Source of the DNA: Balanoglossus misakiensis
Taxonomy: Eukaryota > Animalia > Hemichordata
Direction of reading: 5' to 3'
Assembly (NCBI GenBank): GCA_040954595.2
Contig: CM082596.2
Coordinates: 1,269,854-1,333,853 of the forward strand
Length of the DNA: 64,000 nt
The position numbers were made by a program, and so were the translations under genes. Numbering within the stretch: position 1 is the stretch's first letter; each line of letters opens with the position of its first letter. A model generated the notes under the pieces. The model was not told where the DNA came from. It worked only from the letters and a program-made list of their open reading frames with translations, and did no database searches. Positions 27,103-41,058 of this stretch are shown here, piece after piece.

Positions 27103-30100
27103 TAATACAGGATCTGAGCACGAATAAAATTGAAAAGTACCAGAACAACTTGTTTGTCAGAAATCTCCATTTTCCTTAAGGCTGCATACTCTTTTAACCA
27201 CACCATTGTTTTAAGTGAACACTTGAAAACAGCAGGTGCCATGGGGCGTTCACCTTTCAAAAGAAAAGTTTTCATTAGGAATAATGAGCTGTTCTCAAAC
27301 CCTTTGTACTGCGACTTGCAGCCCTGCTGCTGGGAATTCAGTGGTTGGGTCAGAGGGACAAAGATGGTCTCTTCTGAGATCAGAATTGTCTCTGTTCCTC
27401 ACAGAGGTATGCATCTCAGAAATTCTAAACTGCATCGAATATAAATCTGTTCAATAAAGTCTCATCAGCCTCCGTCAAATCAAGCATGTACATATGTATG
27501 CAAGGGGTGTTGCCATACTGCAGTATGTACACACATTTCATGCAAAGCAAAGAAGGGCTGTTGAGAACGCATAAAATCTGCACATTGATGTGTGTGTTCT
27601 AAGTGATGTCCAAACATTACACCCACTCACATGCCAAGTTCCGGTTGGCATTTTGACCTGTGATTGGCTATACATCACTGTATCTGTGTTTATACAATAT
27701 GGACATATATTGTAGGACACACAAATTTGAACTCTAGGAGACATTGAAATTTGAAATATGATGTGAAAGTGCATTTGAATTGTGAGGTGTACATGTATAC
27801 TTGTTGGAACTGAATCTGTGACATTTTAGAATTATGTCAGAGATACATTTACATCAAGCTGTATGTACATTTGAATTTGTAGAAAGCTACACATTCATGT
27901 ACATGTTGTACCGGTATACGACTGAACATTGAAACATGATAATGTTCATCTGATCTATGAAATGTATACATGTACATATTGTGGGCTATATCTGAATTAT
28001 GAAATATCATATCACATAGAAGTGGGTACATGTGTACAGAGTTGATGATCACCACTGCCTGACATGCATGTAGTATGTATGCATCCATACAATGCCAGTT
28101 AAACTCTTAAATGGTGGTCGTAAAGTTATACAGCTGATAATTATATACTACACTGACTACTACATTCGGGTAATAAACTTGTGTCCAACAGAGGGATTAC
28201 TATCAAAGGTTGACTTCAGGAGACGAACTGATTTGACCTTACAGACAGTAAAGACAGACAAACTATCTGACCGGTCACGAGTTAAACTAAGTTGCTATGC
28301 AGACATCTCTGTTAACGAGTGAACAGTAAAATGTCAATCTTAATTGCTGGAATCCAGTTCCTGAGATCCAGAGATCATTGAACCATCAACATGGCTAGAC
28401 TTTATTGAAGTTGATGAAGAGATTGGGAAAAGACGAAATCGTAAAAGTCGGTAAACAATTAAGCTCAGGCTTGCGAACAAGACAGTATACCTTAGTCACG
28501 AGAGGTAAATTGAAGTAGGAATGATAATTGGAATGAAGACAATAGAACTATTGGAATCTAAATGCTAACTGCAGGGGACCATTTCACTGTCAATTGAACA
28601 CTTAGATGTAAGACAATAATTGGTTCCAGACCCACAGGCAGAACGACAAAAGTTCACCAACAAACACACTGAACTGACTCTTTCCAAACCAGTACAAAGC
28701 TCACAGATATCTATTTTGTCCGCTTTTGCTCTTAGTACCGTAGAAACGTTCTAGTATTTGAAGAAAAATCCACAAATTCTTCATATTGGCTATTGCATAG
28801 ACTGTCAGCAGTCACCATGCCTTTATCTAAGCAACACTGAGTTTAATATTTGGTGACAGCGTAATATATCACCTACAAACCAGAACAGGTGTATATAATG
28901 GCTTGTCATATTGTTTCAATCCCACAATTCAACAGCTCTGATGGAACGATGGCTGTGCAGGTGTTATTTCATCAAATGGAAAGGCCTAGGCAACTTCTGA
29001 CAGTTGCATATCAGAATTCATCTGCTGTTTGTTCAAACTGATGAATCCAATAAACAATTGGCCTCAATGTTTTGAATTCTACCACAAATTAAACTACACC
29101 ACACCTGTTTGGGTTTAGCAATAGCAGAGTATCTGACTTGTCATTCTGGTCTAAAATTGGGAGGTTACTTGTCAGAAATCTCACCATTTCCATGACAATT
29201 TTGAAATGTCGTCATTTCCAGTCTTAAACAGCTTTATATCAGAAATATTCTGGGATGACAATGCTGTGTATAGGTACACAGCAATGCAAATTATATAATC
29301 TGTATCAGAGAACAAATATATGCTTAACAGTCATATTTGTGGAGGTTCAAAGGTCAACTGTGGTATACCGTACATGGTGATACACTGTAGGTTTTCTATG
29401 AACATGGAGAATCCACAAATTAACTTTTTAGTCAAAATATCTCTCACCAAAGTTTTGCTGATTTTGGTCATATATTCTTTGTATTTTAATAATTTCACAC
29501 TGTATGTAGTTGTAATTCTTATGGGAGAATGAAAGAGAAGTGTCATAGGACATCTTAAAAGAACACATAACAATGAGTCCTTGTTTAAATCTAAACCACA
29601 AAATGGTGTGTTTGATTGCCCCTCCGGCCCTGCTGTGACCTCAGTTGAACTTTGAGAATCTTTCTTTCCCATGACTGCACACACACAATGGAAGACTGTA
29701 ATTCAAAGAGCTTCAAAGACTATTTTCAGAAGAACACAACCACTGATACATGTATTATGGATCATCAATGCTTTAGTTTTTACACCTTTATGTAATCAAT
29801 CAAGCATGTACTGGTGCATCGACCCCAAGTTTGGGCAGTACCAAATCTGAATCGTTTTTCCCAAAAGCATCACACTTTTTAGAAACAATTAGCTTTACAC
29901 AGCAAGTAAATTCTCTGTTTAATGTCCACTGTGATTTTGAACAGACAAGTTGGTTGACAGTTAAAACCAGGAAGAACATTTAAACATAAACCCAGCACAT
30001 TTACTGACAGGCGTTAGACAGTTGCTAAAAGGACAATTACGGAACCACGGGAAATACAAATGTACTCCTGGACACCACCATTTTATGGCATGGTCCATGG

Positions 30101-33100
30101 TCTAGTGGTGGGAAAATCATTGCCATTATCAAGTATCTGTCATGAAGCAGAAGTACTTGATTAGTTTTGTGACAAAAACATCGATCAATTTACTTCTTAC
30201 TCACGTATGAATTGTCATGGATCTGTATAATATGGTATTTTGCATTCATGACAAGTGGAAATAGACAGTTCTATGATAGTATACCAACAGAACAGACTAT
30301 AACTTTAGCAGTCAAAGGTGATAGAGAGTATATAACCCTGTCATAATGGTTTATTTAAACCATAGACCATAGAAGAAGACTGTCTGTATAAACCAAACAA
30401 ACTTTTGGGTGGGTCATCGATTTGTTCTTTTTGTCGTGAACTTTTGGGTGGAGACAACTTCTGCTTTTCAATCTTTCCCAAGTGCATCTATCTGGGTTTC
30501 TTTATGAAACTCACTGCCCCGCCCACTTTCCAACCAGCCAGCTTCCATAACCCGAATCATGTAAGACGGTTTGAAATAACCTGTTGTATTTTGCAATGAC
30601 GTGAAACAGCAAAGTGGCCGTTAAACCACTGATACCCTCCAGATCCTCAATGAAAAAACTTCCTCCAAAGATACACAGCCACAGATTTTGAAATAACCTC
30701 TGACATAAGAGAACCCTGAATACATCAATCGACAAAGAGATATAATGACCTAAAATAGTCCAATGACCTTTAACTGCACATAACTATCAAAGAACATATC
30801 AATTGCAAAGTTTAAGTGGTGATGATCACTGAACTGTTAATCGGAATCCGAGTTTAAAGCTCAACATTAGACTCTCTCACAGCCCAACTTTTGAAACCCA
30901 GACTGACATGTGACTGCACCAGACAAAGCTGTAGATAGTGGAAAAGTATGTCAACTTGGTCTAAAATTAAGAAACAAATTAGAGTGTAAAAATGAGAAAA
31001 TGTTGCACCCAGAGTTTGACCAGAACAAAATGCAGTGTTCAAACAAAGAGTTAAGATTACCAAGTCACAAATTATTTGAACCCTGTAGAATGCCGCTATC
31101 AGTCTCCAGGTTTTTCTATCAAGATTCTAATCTGGATAATTACTTGGTTCTGATACAACATTTGATAAAAACTGGACTTCAAACAAAAAAATCTTGAGAA
31201 TGTGGATAATTGCGAGTGTCCCTTTAATGTCATGTCACAGAGACCTACCTTAGACTCTGCATAAATGTAGAGATTTCTGATACTGCAGATCTCTGGTGCT
31301 CAAGACGTGATAAAAACGTGATTACAGCTTAAGAAGTCAAGGAGAGTGGTTTTCACCTCAAGAGATTCCCTCTGCAAACTGCAAAGCGATTTAGATAGAA
31401 TAAATCGACCCCCACTCACACTACTGTCCTCATACAATGGTCAAGTTTGCCCTCCGGAAAATATGTCATAACATGGAATTTCAATCAAATGAATACAATG
31501 CACTACAATAGACAATGTCCACAAAATGATTCAATGGTCTTGCTTTACTATTGAATGTGCCTTTAAGAAGGAATTGAAATCTTTCATGAGAGATTTGTCC
31601 GGAGAATTGCCTGTTTTCAGACTGGGCACTTTGTGAAAATAAAACGAGCCTTAGGGAAGATTGTTGCTTGAAGCGGTATACTGTATGTGCCCTTATTTAC
31701 ATTACTTTATACAAAAAGTTACATGTGCTTTACTTAAGCTTGGCTAGTTCTAGAATCCAGTGTGATTTTTGGACCAGTAAACTTCAAATTTACAGTGCTA
31801 GTTTCACAGATGACTACTGCATACCGGTAATTCTATGTTACCTGATAATTATGCTGGCTGTATTATGACGTATCATCTTCATATCATATCATAAGCTCAA
31901 ATATAAACACATCAGACAAACACGTTTTGACATAAATCCATCTCTGACACTCTGGAATGTCAAAAATGAAGGAATGTGCAACAATAATTGTCTCTGTAAA
32001 ATTAATAATTAGTATGTTGTATTGTTTTCGTCCTATTTCCCTTGAATATTACATCATGCAGTCAGAAATCAGAAATTTAAATTTGCCATGATCATTGTGT
32101 GAATGTCTATGTTTCATTTTTCAAAAACAACATACAGTGATCACTGTCTGAAATTATTAAGTTTTTTAAACATTTTGAAAAGCGTCTCTTTCTGTTTACT
32201 AAATTCTCTTGTATTAAAAATAACAAAGATACTGACTGCAACACGACTGGGTAATGTCAAGCATTCACTAGACAGCTATGAAAAGGCCATCACAGCAGAA
32301 TCATGAGAATGTGTTGTATCCATTAAGATATAGAATGTCCGTCGGGGACATAGTTATAGGGAAGTCTCACTGTACTATTCTGGTCAAGGCGATTCACAGT
32401 GGAAATCAGAACAAGTGGGTGGTCATCAAGATTGCATTCAGAGGTCATTATCCCAATTAACTGGTTTATTTAATCAATTTAAGTGAAACAGGCTCTTCAA
32501 GACCATGTATCAAAATAAAGTCTCTCGGCCAAAAGGGTCATCAGTAACGATACTGCAAAGCCAATTTATTCTGAGAGTGTACATGTCAACGACTTAGCGC
32601 GCGATCAACACCTCGTCGTAAACAGGGATTTTCATCATCTTTTTAGTTAGATTTTTCTTTTACACACACTGTATTAGACGAAGATATATCATTCTGGGAA
32701 AACAGTGAAATGTAGGTTAAATCTCCTGGAAACAGTTTTGACAAAATCCTTGTCAGTGAAATATTGTGATATCAAGGAGACAGGTCAACAATGGTTTGAT
32801 TTATTTAGGAAACTACAGATGAATGAACCTGATAGTTCAAAGTTCTTATTGAATAAATCCGGCAACACCCAACATGAACAAATCAAAGTATAACTTCTGA
32901 CCAAGTGGCCTAAAAAGAAAACTAGGGCAACTGAGTGAGACTTCTACAACATTAAACCAGTTTCTGCAATCTGCCAAGAGTGGGCCAGCATGGTGCTAGC
33001 ACTGTAATAGCCTAGAAACAGACCACTGACAAATTTTATCATCATAAAATCTAGCCAGAACACAACAGTTTACTTTGTTTATCCCATTATGGTATTTTCA

Positions 33101-34842
33101 AGTGCTCACTACACCATTACAAATAACAAAACTCAATGGCCAGATTACCCTTTATGAACTCCCAGGCCACAGTTATGTCAAAAGTCAGTTATAAAATCTC
33201 CTTCTTCACATGAAGGGAATTACCAGGTACATAAATAAAACCAGCAGCTCCCCTAGACTGCCAGAGGTCACCATAAATGTCATTTGGCTACACATTTAAC
33301 ATTACGACACTGGTGGATACTATGATGTCATTTTTTCATTTTCGAAAACAACAACATAAAAGCTATTTTCGTAGTCAATTTTCTAATTGGCCCATTATAG
33401 GTGTAAGGTTTCAATTGTTTTGATTCAAAACAATTTCAAAAGACAAGAAATCTGGACAAGAATTTCACCAGAACTAAGACGACTTATAATGATTAAATCT
33501 ATAACTGATCAGCTTGGAAAAACTAATGGTTTTAACCATGGGAATATTCCCAATGTCCTCCCTGAACAGACTCAGACTGGGATATAATGTTTCACAACTG
33601 ATTACACCCTGCTGCTAACAGAAACAACTCTTAATCATCAGCTTCCTGATGTTGCTAAGGAACTGTTGGGGTATATGTCAAAGGAGGCTTACTGCAACAA
33701 GAAAATTAAGGCTGTGAATTTAATCTGAAGAGATTTTACTACAACCCTGACAACTGTATCTGTTCTGCATTTTGCTTGACCAAAAATACCATGGGTTCAG
33801 GTTCAACTTGGCATTATCAACCAATCAGGAATGAGACTGTGAGGGCAGAGGTCATGTTACAGGGACATAATTTGCATATGTAAGCAACAAAAATAAGCAA
33901 AGTAGCCACAACAAATTGATTAACATGTCTGGCATCTTCATTTTATGTTGAGGACAAGGTTTTTATCATGTCTCCCTCAGCTGCATTTGTACATTTCACA
34001 CCAGTATTGGTTGTAACCAATCACTAATCACATGCAAATGGTGACATGGGCAGCCATTTGCTTGAAACCTAAATTTATTCAAAACAGCTGGCATACAATA
34101 CAACCATGAATGAACACACATATTTTCACTGTATTTAATTAACACATTGCTAAATGCTGTTTCTGTGAAGACTGGGGGTGATAACACCACTGACTGACTA
34201 AGGTGTGAACAGTTTTAATATAACGGGACAGTCCTTGCCTAACCTTGCGCCCCCCCCCCCCCTACCATAAACTGCGTTTGTTTTACGCACTGCAAAACCA
34301 CAAAAGCTGAGGGTAATTTATTAGCTTCCCGGTACTTCAGAAGACAACAGTCCAACAATCGGACTGTTTGACAACCGGTTTCCTGGTTGTAGTACCTGTA
34401 AAACTAGCCGCTTTCTAACACGCCATTGCGGTCTCGTTGACGCAAAAGCTCAATTTCACTGGTCAAAGCGTGACAATGTTTACATTCATGTAACCGAGTG
34501 CGTGTGCGTGGCGATCGCCTCGTACGTGCTGTGAAATCGACATGGGTTGCGTCGCTGCGCGTCATAATTGCGCGTGTGAAATAGACACAGAAAACGCGCC
34601 TAACAAAAGAAATTAACATCGCTTCTTACCTGTCATGTTAACTAATATTTAAGCGCTTTGATTTAATGGAATTCACAGGTTTTCATTCAGTTGTTGACTT
34701 CCGTACACGTATATTGAAATCGACATGTGACTTACCTTCATACACGTACGTAGTACATTATACAGTACAGTATACAGGATAATATTAAATATTTAGAAAC
34801 AAAACTCCTGCATATAATCAAGAAGATAAAAAAAATTCCTAC

Positions 34843-35013
34843 CACTATCATTTCTTCGTCTGATTCATATTCTTCAAGTTGGCCGATCTGAAGGTCTTCG
34901 CCAAAACTGTGCTGTTTTGTCAAATGTTGTTGTAACTCTCTAGCTGAACTGAATCCATTCCTACACACAGGACACGTAAAACTCGCCGAAAAGTGAGGAT
35001 CGGAATAAGCCAT
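34843..35013 (-). CDS. Probable first coding exon (57 codons) with one C2H2 zinc finger, belonging to a large minus-strand gene that continues left
   Basis: Strong start context cgccATGG. FTCPVCRNGFSSARELQQHLTKQH fits C-x2-C-x12-H-x4-H and is followed by acidic EEYESDEE. A phase-0 donor GTG|GTAGGA at 34842 leads into T-rich intron-like sequence. No downstream coding exon was identified in the window. Confidence 0.7.
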
Positions 35014-38000
35014 GGCGATGACAGTCGTTGTAATCAGTAGACACTGTCCATAGAAGAGAGTTGCTGCTCGGAATTCGCCGAAAGCTGACCTCTGTGGATG
35101 TAAATAGTTGCAAATCCACTATGTATACAAACTGTTCGTTGTTACATGCGTCTCTTTTAATGAATACAATGCTTCGATCCAATATGGCGCCCTCCCAATT
35201 TAATAAATAATCTTATTAAATATACATGATACCGGTACACGACCTCGTGTGACTACAGCGTAAAATTTCACTGAATTATTTAATTAAGATGGTTATATTT
35301 AAGAGATGAAACTGACAAGGCAGCGTCCTCCTGTATCGTGTTTCAAATGTTATTCCCACGTAAAAGTTCATATTTACCTCCAAGCCTGGCTCTTCCCTAT
35401 CGCTCGAGTGACCCAGTTAACGTTGTAAATGACACTTGAGGTCGCTCTTTACTTCAGAGTTCATGGCAGGTGACGGGTTAGACTACAAAAAAAAACATCG
35501 TTGAAATTGTTTTCAGAGACAGTCCGTGACTTTTACAGAAATGAACATCATGACATGTTGTGCCTAATAATATCTTTTTGACAGTGGACATCACTGAAGC
35601 TCTCAGAATTATTATGGACTCTACGGTGATACTTATAGATGCTTCAGAAAGAAAAGAAACGAAAAAACTCCACACGTATATTTATGATATTACCTCCTTA
35701 TGACTGCGTGTGCGAGATGATCCTGAAAAACATCAGATTATCAGTTCCATCTGCATCTGTTTTTGTGATGAGGATCTAGGATACTGAAGAAAGTGACAAG
35801 GATATAGGCAGACATTAGTTTCATTTCACATGTTGTTTCTCAAAAGTTCGCGAATCTATTCATCGAGGATTATTAAAAGCATGATCGTTTTTCAAAGCAA
35901 TAAATGCCCAGCACAATCTCTGTGGCGAACGAACATTTTTTTCTTCGTGCGTCACTCGTCGTCAGCGTTGACCCCATCTTTTATGATAGCTTTAGATTGA
36001 AATTGAGTATACTTACGTCTGCGTTTTCCGGTTCTGCCCGGTGGTTTAATGACACCTGTTTGGTGAATCCTTGGCTGGAATTGACACTTGGCCTGGAACA
36101 TGTCAAGATAAAAACAGAAGCAAAAGTTTAATTGTCTGGAGAGGGAGACAGAAGGGACGTTTAGAAATTTGGAGCCCTCAATAGAATGAACCTGTTAATA
36201 ACAAACGGCAGAAAACGATAACACTGTGACAGAAAAAAAGTTCAAAGATGTTCAGCCGATTAATCGAAATATAACCAACAATCCAAATGCCCTGAAAGAA
36301 TAGAACTGTGATCATATAGTCAAACACAGAGTAACACAAAAGAACTGGATTTAAAGAATTAATTGAAGCATATACAGGTTGACCAAATCCCACTTTTTCT
36401 CACAAAGTCGTGACATTTAGATTGCTTCTTCTATCCCTCGGGCGATGCGATCATGCATCACTCGCATGTGAGAGAGTGTGTGTGTTGCTAGAATCGATGG
36501 GGATATAAATGACAGAATGCCTTATCCATCGAAGGTGATAATACCTTTGACGATGGTATCACACGTTCTAGACGACTTGCTCGTCACGTTGTACACGGAT
36601 CGTTGAAAGCAGGCAGGGGTGTCGATTCTTTAATGCTCTTGGCTTTTCTAGGGTAATGGATATATCTCCTTTGAACAGTTACAATAGAAAGAGTAATGGG
36701 ATCCATTGCCCATGGCTGCGGTTCAAGTTGTCCCGTATTCTGGAAGCGTCCAATAAAATCTCACTTCGAAGATTATGTGACTGAAGTAATAGTTTAAATG
36801 ACGCAGAATTGCAAAGAGTCTCTCACAGCACGTACCAAATGACCCGGTTGTTGTTTAATAATTCATCTTGCTGTGTTGGCAATGAAAACTTAATGCTCCA
36901 TAAGCAGCAACTTTCATCATTTTTCACCATCATCGTATGAAGTAGATTTGTGTATTAAATAAAATACTTTCCTACCCCCTGGCTTCTTCTGTGCAGGGGA
37001 AGCTGTATTTCAAAACCATGCACACGCTTTCGATTTAAGAGTACTGATCGTCTCAGCAGAATATAAATTTTGAAATACAATTCCATTAAGTGTCCTAAAA
37101 TATTCAAAATAACTAACTAATGTTAATTGTCAGATTAACTCATTAAACTTTTAATGTCGGACGTCCTTTGCCAGATGATTAAAGCAAAGGAGACTGCTGT
37201 TTATATGAAAAATAAATCCGTTCCCGCTATATCGCATTTCTGGTACGTGACCGGTTCATTTCTTTGATCACAAGAAATTCGGTTCGTGACTTAGTGTTCC
37301 CGTTGAAGCTCTTTGCCCGCTAGTTGAATACTCTACTCTCATATAATATTTTACGCAACTTTATTTGCAGTCACGTCCCTTACTAATTATTCTCCGATTG
37401 CAGGAGTTGTTGTCCTGTTTTAACTTTGATGCAGTCTACCCATGGGGAAAATATCAGCTCTAATGTTTGATTTCTTATTTGTAATTGGGAGAGTAGAAAT
37501 GTCATTATTAATGCATGAGAAGGTAATCCTCTTGCTTCCGTTTTCTTGGAATTTGTTTCGCTTGTCTTAATTACCCGACTGAGTCAGACTCGACTCGAAT
37601 CTAAAATGTGGCACGTTTGTGTTTTCAGGCAAATATGAACAAGCACCTTGGTGATTACCGATCAAAGGCACAATGAAATCAACAAATTTGGGAACTGGAG
37701 TAATTTGATGGTTTTCTGAGTCATTGAAATATGCATGCTGTGGAAAACATCTCCGGAGATGATATGTTAAATACATCTGCAAAATACGTGACGTTAGATA
37801 TCGATCATCAGTCTAACTCTTTCCGAAACAAACATGGACTCTCATTTATTTCCATGCGTTATTTGAATTCGTTCGCGACGTGGAGAACTGTTTTCGGGAG
37901 TTTCTACTTTTATTGGTCGTCTGAAAGTTCAGTAATCATTCCAGGATATCATGGATATTGCTAACTATACCTAGAAGCGTTTCCACAAATTAATCCTGGA

Positions 38001-39933
38001 TATTGCCACACATTCCCTGAAGCATTTTAAAGAATACTGCGGAACTCCGATGTCTTTGAATTCACCTCAGTACAAATAAACTCACAAAACCAAATGTAAT
38101 TCCGTCAATTTCAGAAGTCCGGCGAGTAAACTTAATTAAAATCAATCTGGGGTAATGTGTCGCAGCCCCGAGCAGACGTGAGTAGATTCAATCACACGGT
38201 AAATCTTTAAGATCGTATTTTCACCTTCTGATAATGCCAAAGTTTCATTTCTACCCTCAGCATGTAACACCTAGGCAAATAATGGCCATTTCAATATCGG
38301 TACAGCTGGCTTCAAGCTTATAATATTTTTCTTCAAAACAAGACTTTATTTTTAAATGTCTATCCATTACATGGCGCCGGGAAATGTAAATACAAAAAAC
38401 ATCCACTAATACACTGGAAACCATGAACCGTAGACTGTTGCGACAGCTGATGAAGTGGCCATTACGAATCGTCAAACAGATTGAATGTTCTATAATGAAT
38501 ATATTTGCTGTCGGCACTGTCTTGCAAAGGAAATGACACATGCCGCCCACGATGTCGTTTGTTACCGTTAATGCGGATTCTGTTAAGGTGACGTTTCACA
38601 TTTAGTTTTGTCTTTATATAGAACCCATCTGAGTGACGAAATGTACCCCATAAGAAAAATAATCCGCAAAGCACCAGGAACATCGAACAAGACAAGTGTA
38701 GCCGAAGCTAAATGCTAAAACACAAATATACAACCGAGACAGAGATAAGCAGATAAATATAGGAATACAATGTAGTGGAGACGGAACAGGCATTTCATCA
38801 ACATGTCCAAGATGCATGAATGGTTCCATGAAAGGAAATAGACCGGTTCAATCAAGGAATTAAAGTCATTATTGAAACACGGAACCCCTACGCACACAAT
38901 TCATATCTCGAATTGGAAAGCCTGCATATTGGAAACTAAAAATATTCCTGGTGACCATCGCAGTTTTATTGTCATGGCATTCATAAAACAACACATGTGC
39001 TATACCTGGTGGGGATTATATTTACAGTGATCTGCTACTATAATTAGTCTTTTGTTTTTTGCATTAGTCTTCCAGAAAGAAATTATCCAATGCATTACGA
39101 TAATTAGTTACAGCAAATGAAATGTACTTGCAGCGAAAACATCTATTTATACAGTGGAAGACCCTCCCATATTCTCGACAGTTGATAGCAAGCCACCCCT
39201 ATTTAAATAACGAATGGAATGGTCCACACCTTAACAAGTATTACATGTATAAAGGCAGTTCAATGAACATCCCTCGTTCAGCGCAGTGTTCCATGTTTCG
39301 ATATTCAGACTTGATTGTTATTGTCAGCGGTTGACGTCTGCATTTTGACATCAAGGAATCCATATGGTTGTCATATATTTCGACCAAATATTCTGATGCA
39401 ACATCACTGTGTATATGGACGAATATCTAGCGCGAGTGTTCGGGTAGTTTTCTGAAACCATCAGGCAGAGAGAAACATCACCGTACGTGTTGATTTGTGG
39501 AGAGACTGATAAGCCAGCGCAGTGAAGGACATTAGCAGTGGAAAAGGGATCTCGTTGGAACTAACTGGATGCAGAGGGATAGGTTTAGATGGTGCAGATA
39601 AACGGAAATTACAGGTGGTGGTCGTTTTCCTAGAAACCTACACTGCTCGTTCAGTTACCAGGCTGCAATTCAACCAAAAATTCAGACACGTTGCACAGGA
39701 GCCGAGCAGCGTAAATAGTACGGTAGGAAAAACAACTTTAATCGATTCGCAAACATTCGCTGCAGACTAGAACTAGTGGGCAAAACTCCGGACTTGTCCC
39801 CCATGGTTTACTGACGAGCATAGATGTCACTGTCACTAGAGGAATCGACAAAAATGACAACCCCGCGAAACTGACGGAACAGATTGTTTCTTGCACCAAT
39901 ATACCATATTCTTAACTTTTTGTAACAACAAAA

Positions 39934-41058
39934 ATGAATCTTTCAAATTCAACTGACGACCCGTTTGATGGTTTGGATGAATCTGCCCACCCTGATGCGG
40001 CCTTCTGGTACTATATAGTGTTGGGTGTACTGGGCGGCGCTATTACCACGGAAAACATTTTAGTGCTGGTTGCTGTGTGCATAAACAAGAAACTGCAAGA
40101 AAAGGACAATTTCTGTATCATCAATGTGGCCTGTGCAGATCTGCTTGTGGGCGTCGTCTTCATGGTCCATTTTCCCTTTACGACCATCGTGCCGAATTCG
40201 TGTGCAAACATCACATATTGTGCGGTTGTTTACACGCCTATGCCAGCCACAATTCTTGCATCGGTGTTTTCTCTGATGGTTATGAGTATAGATCGTTACA
40301 TCAGCGTCAGCAGGCCGCTGGATTACGCTAATATAGTCACGATGAAACGTATTATACTGACTGTTTCCACTCAGTGGGTCGTTGCTATCTTGTTAGCGGC
40401 TCTGCCCGTCATCCTGTGGAAGGGAGATCCTGCTGGTTTCGAAGGTTGTGTTATCACGGAGCTCATTTCCAACACAAAAGCTGTGTATCTCTGGTACTTT
40501 TTGATCATCTTTCTGCCAACAGTGGTTTTGCTTGTGCTTTATGGACGGCTCTTCTGCGTCGCCTACAGACACGCCAGACGAGTCGCACCACTGGCGAAGC
40601 AATCTCGGATGAACGCAAGCCGTGGCTGCGAGATTTCAACCATCAATTTACCTTCTGGGACGCGACAATCGATAACAACAACGCAGACTTCGGAAACTGT
40701 CGAATGCGCACGCAAAAAGCTGCAGGTGGTCAATCGAGCATACAAGGCCACAATCACTCTGGGAATAATCATGATTTGTATGGTCTTCACATTTATTCCC
40801 ACACAAGTGATGTTTGTCAAGTTCACCTGCGACAGCTGCATACCTTTTCCTTCTCATCACTTGCGAACACTTCTTCTGTGCGCACAAGTCAGCAACTCTG
40901 CCATCAACCCTCTCATTTATGCCATCCGGATAAAAGAAATCCGCCGCACATTCTGCAGAATCTTCAGGACGATTTTCTGCTGCCGCTGCTGCAAAGCTGC
41001 GGCAGTTTCACCGGGAAACCATGGTGACGGTAAAACTAGAAATGCCGTGGAAGCGTAG
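39934..41058 (+). CDS. Intronless rhodopsin-like (class A) GPCR, 374 aa, orphan; resembles the adenosine/melanocortin/EDG-like group
   Basis: Seven hydrophobic segments. Motifs: TM1 ENILV, TM2 NVACADLLVG, TM3 SIDRY, TM4 W, TM7 NSAINPLIY (NPxxY). N-terminal N-glycosylation sequons (NLS, NST), C-terminal CCRCC palmitoylation cluster, and aaaATG start context. Confidence 0.95.
   Translation: MNLSNSTDDPFDGLDESAHPDAAFWYYIVLGVLGGAITTENILVLVAVCINKKLQEKDNFCIINVACADLLVGVVFMVHFPFTTIVPNSCANITYCAVVYTPMPATILASVFSLMVMSIDRYISVSRPLDYANIVTMKRIILTVSTQWVVAILLAALPVILWKGDPAGFEGCVITELISNTKAVYLWYFLIIFLPTVVLLVLYGRLFCVAYRHARRVAPLAKQSRMNASRGCEISTINLPSGTRQSITTTQTSETVECARKKLQVVNRAYKATITLGIIMICMVFTFIPTQVMFVKFTCDSCIPFPSHHLRTLLLCAQVSNSAINPLIYAIRIKEIRRTFCRIFRTIFCCRCCKAAAVSPGNHGDGKTRNAVEA

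Noticed and set aside
30853-31227. Possible Kolobok-like element bounded by TTAAAG...CCCTTTAA
   Set aside because: The putative termini do not form convincing inverted repeats.
34738-34842. Hydrophobic C-terminal 'TM' tail of the 91-aa zinc-finger ORF
   Set aside because: It begins at a GT donor and is T-rich intron-like sequence, so it is most likely intron read-through.
40374-41027. 217-aa alternative-frame ORF overlapping the GPCR
   Set aside because: It has no recognisable motifs and is best explained as a shadow frame of GC-richer coding sequence.
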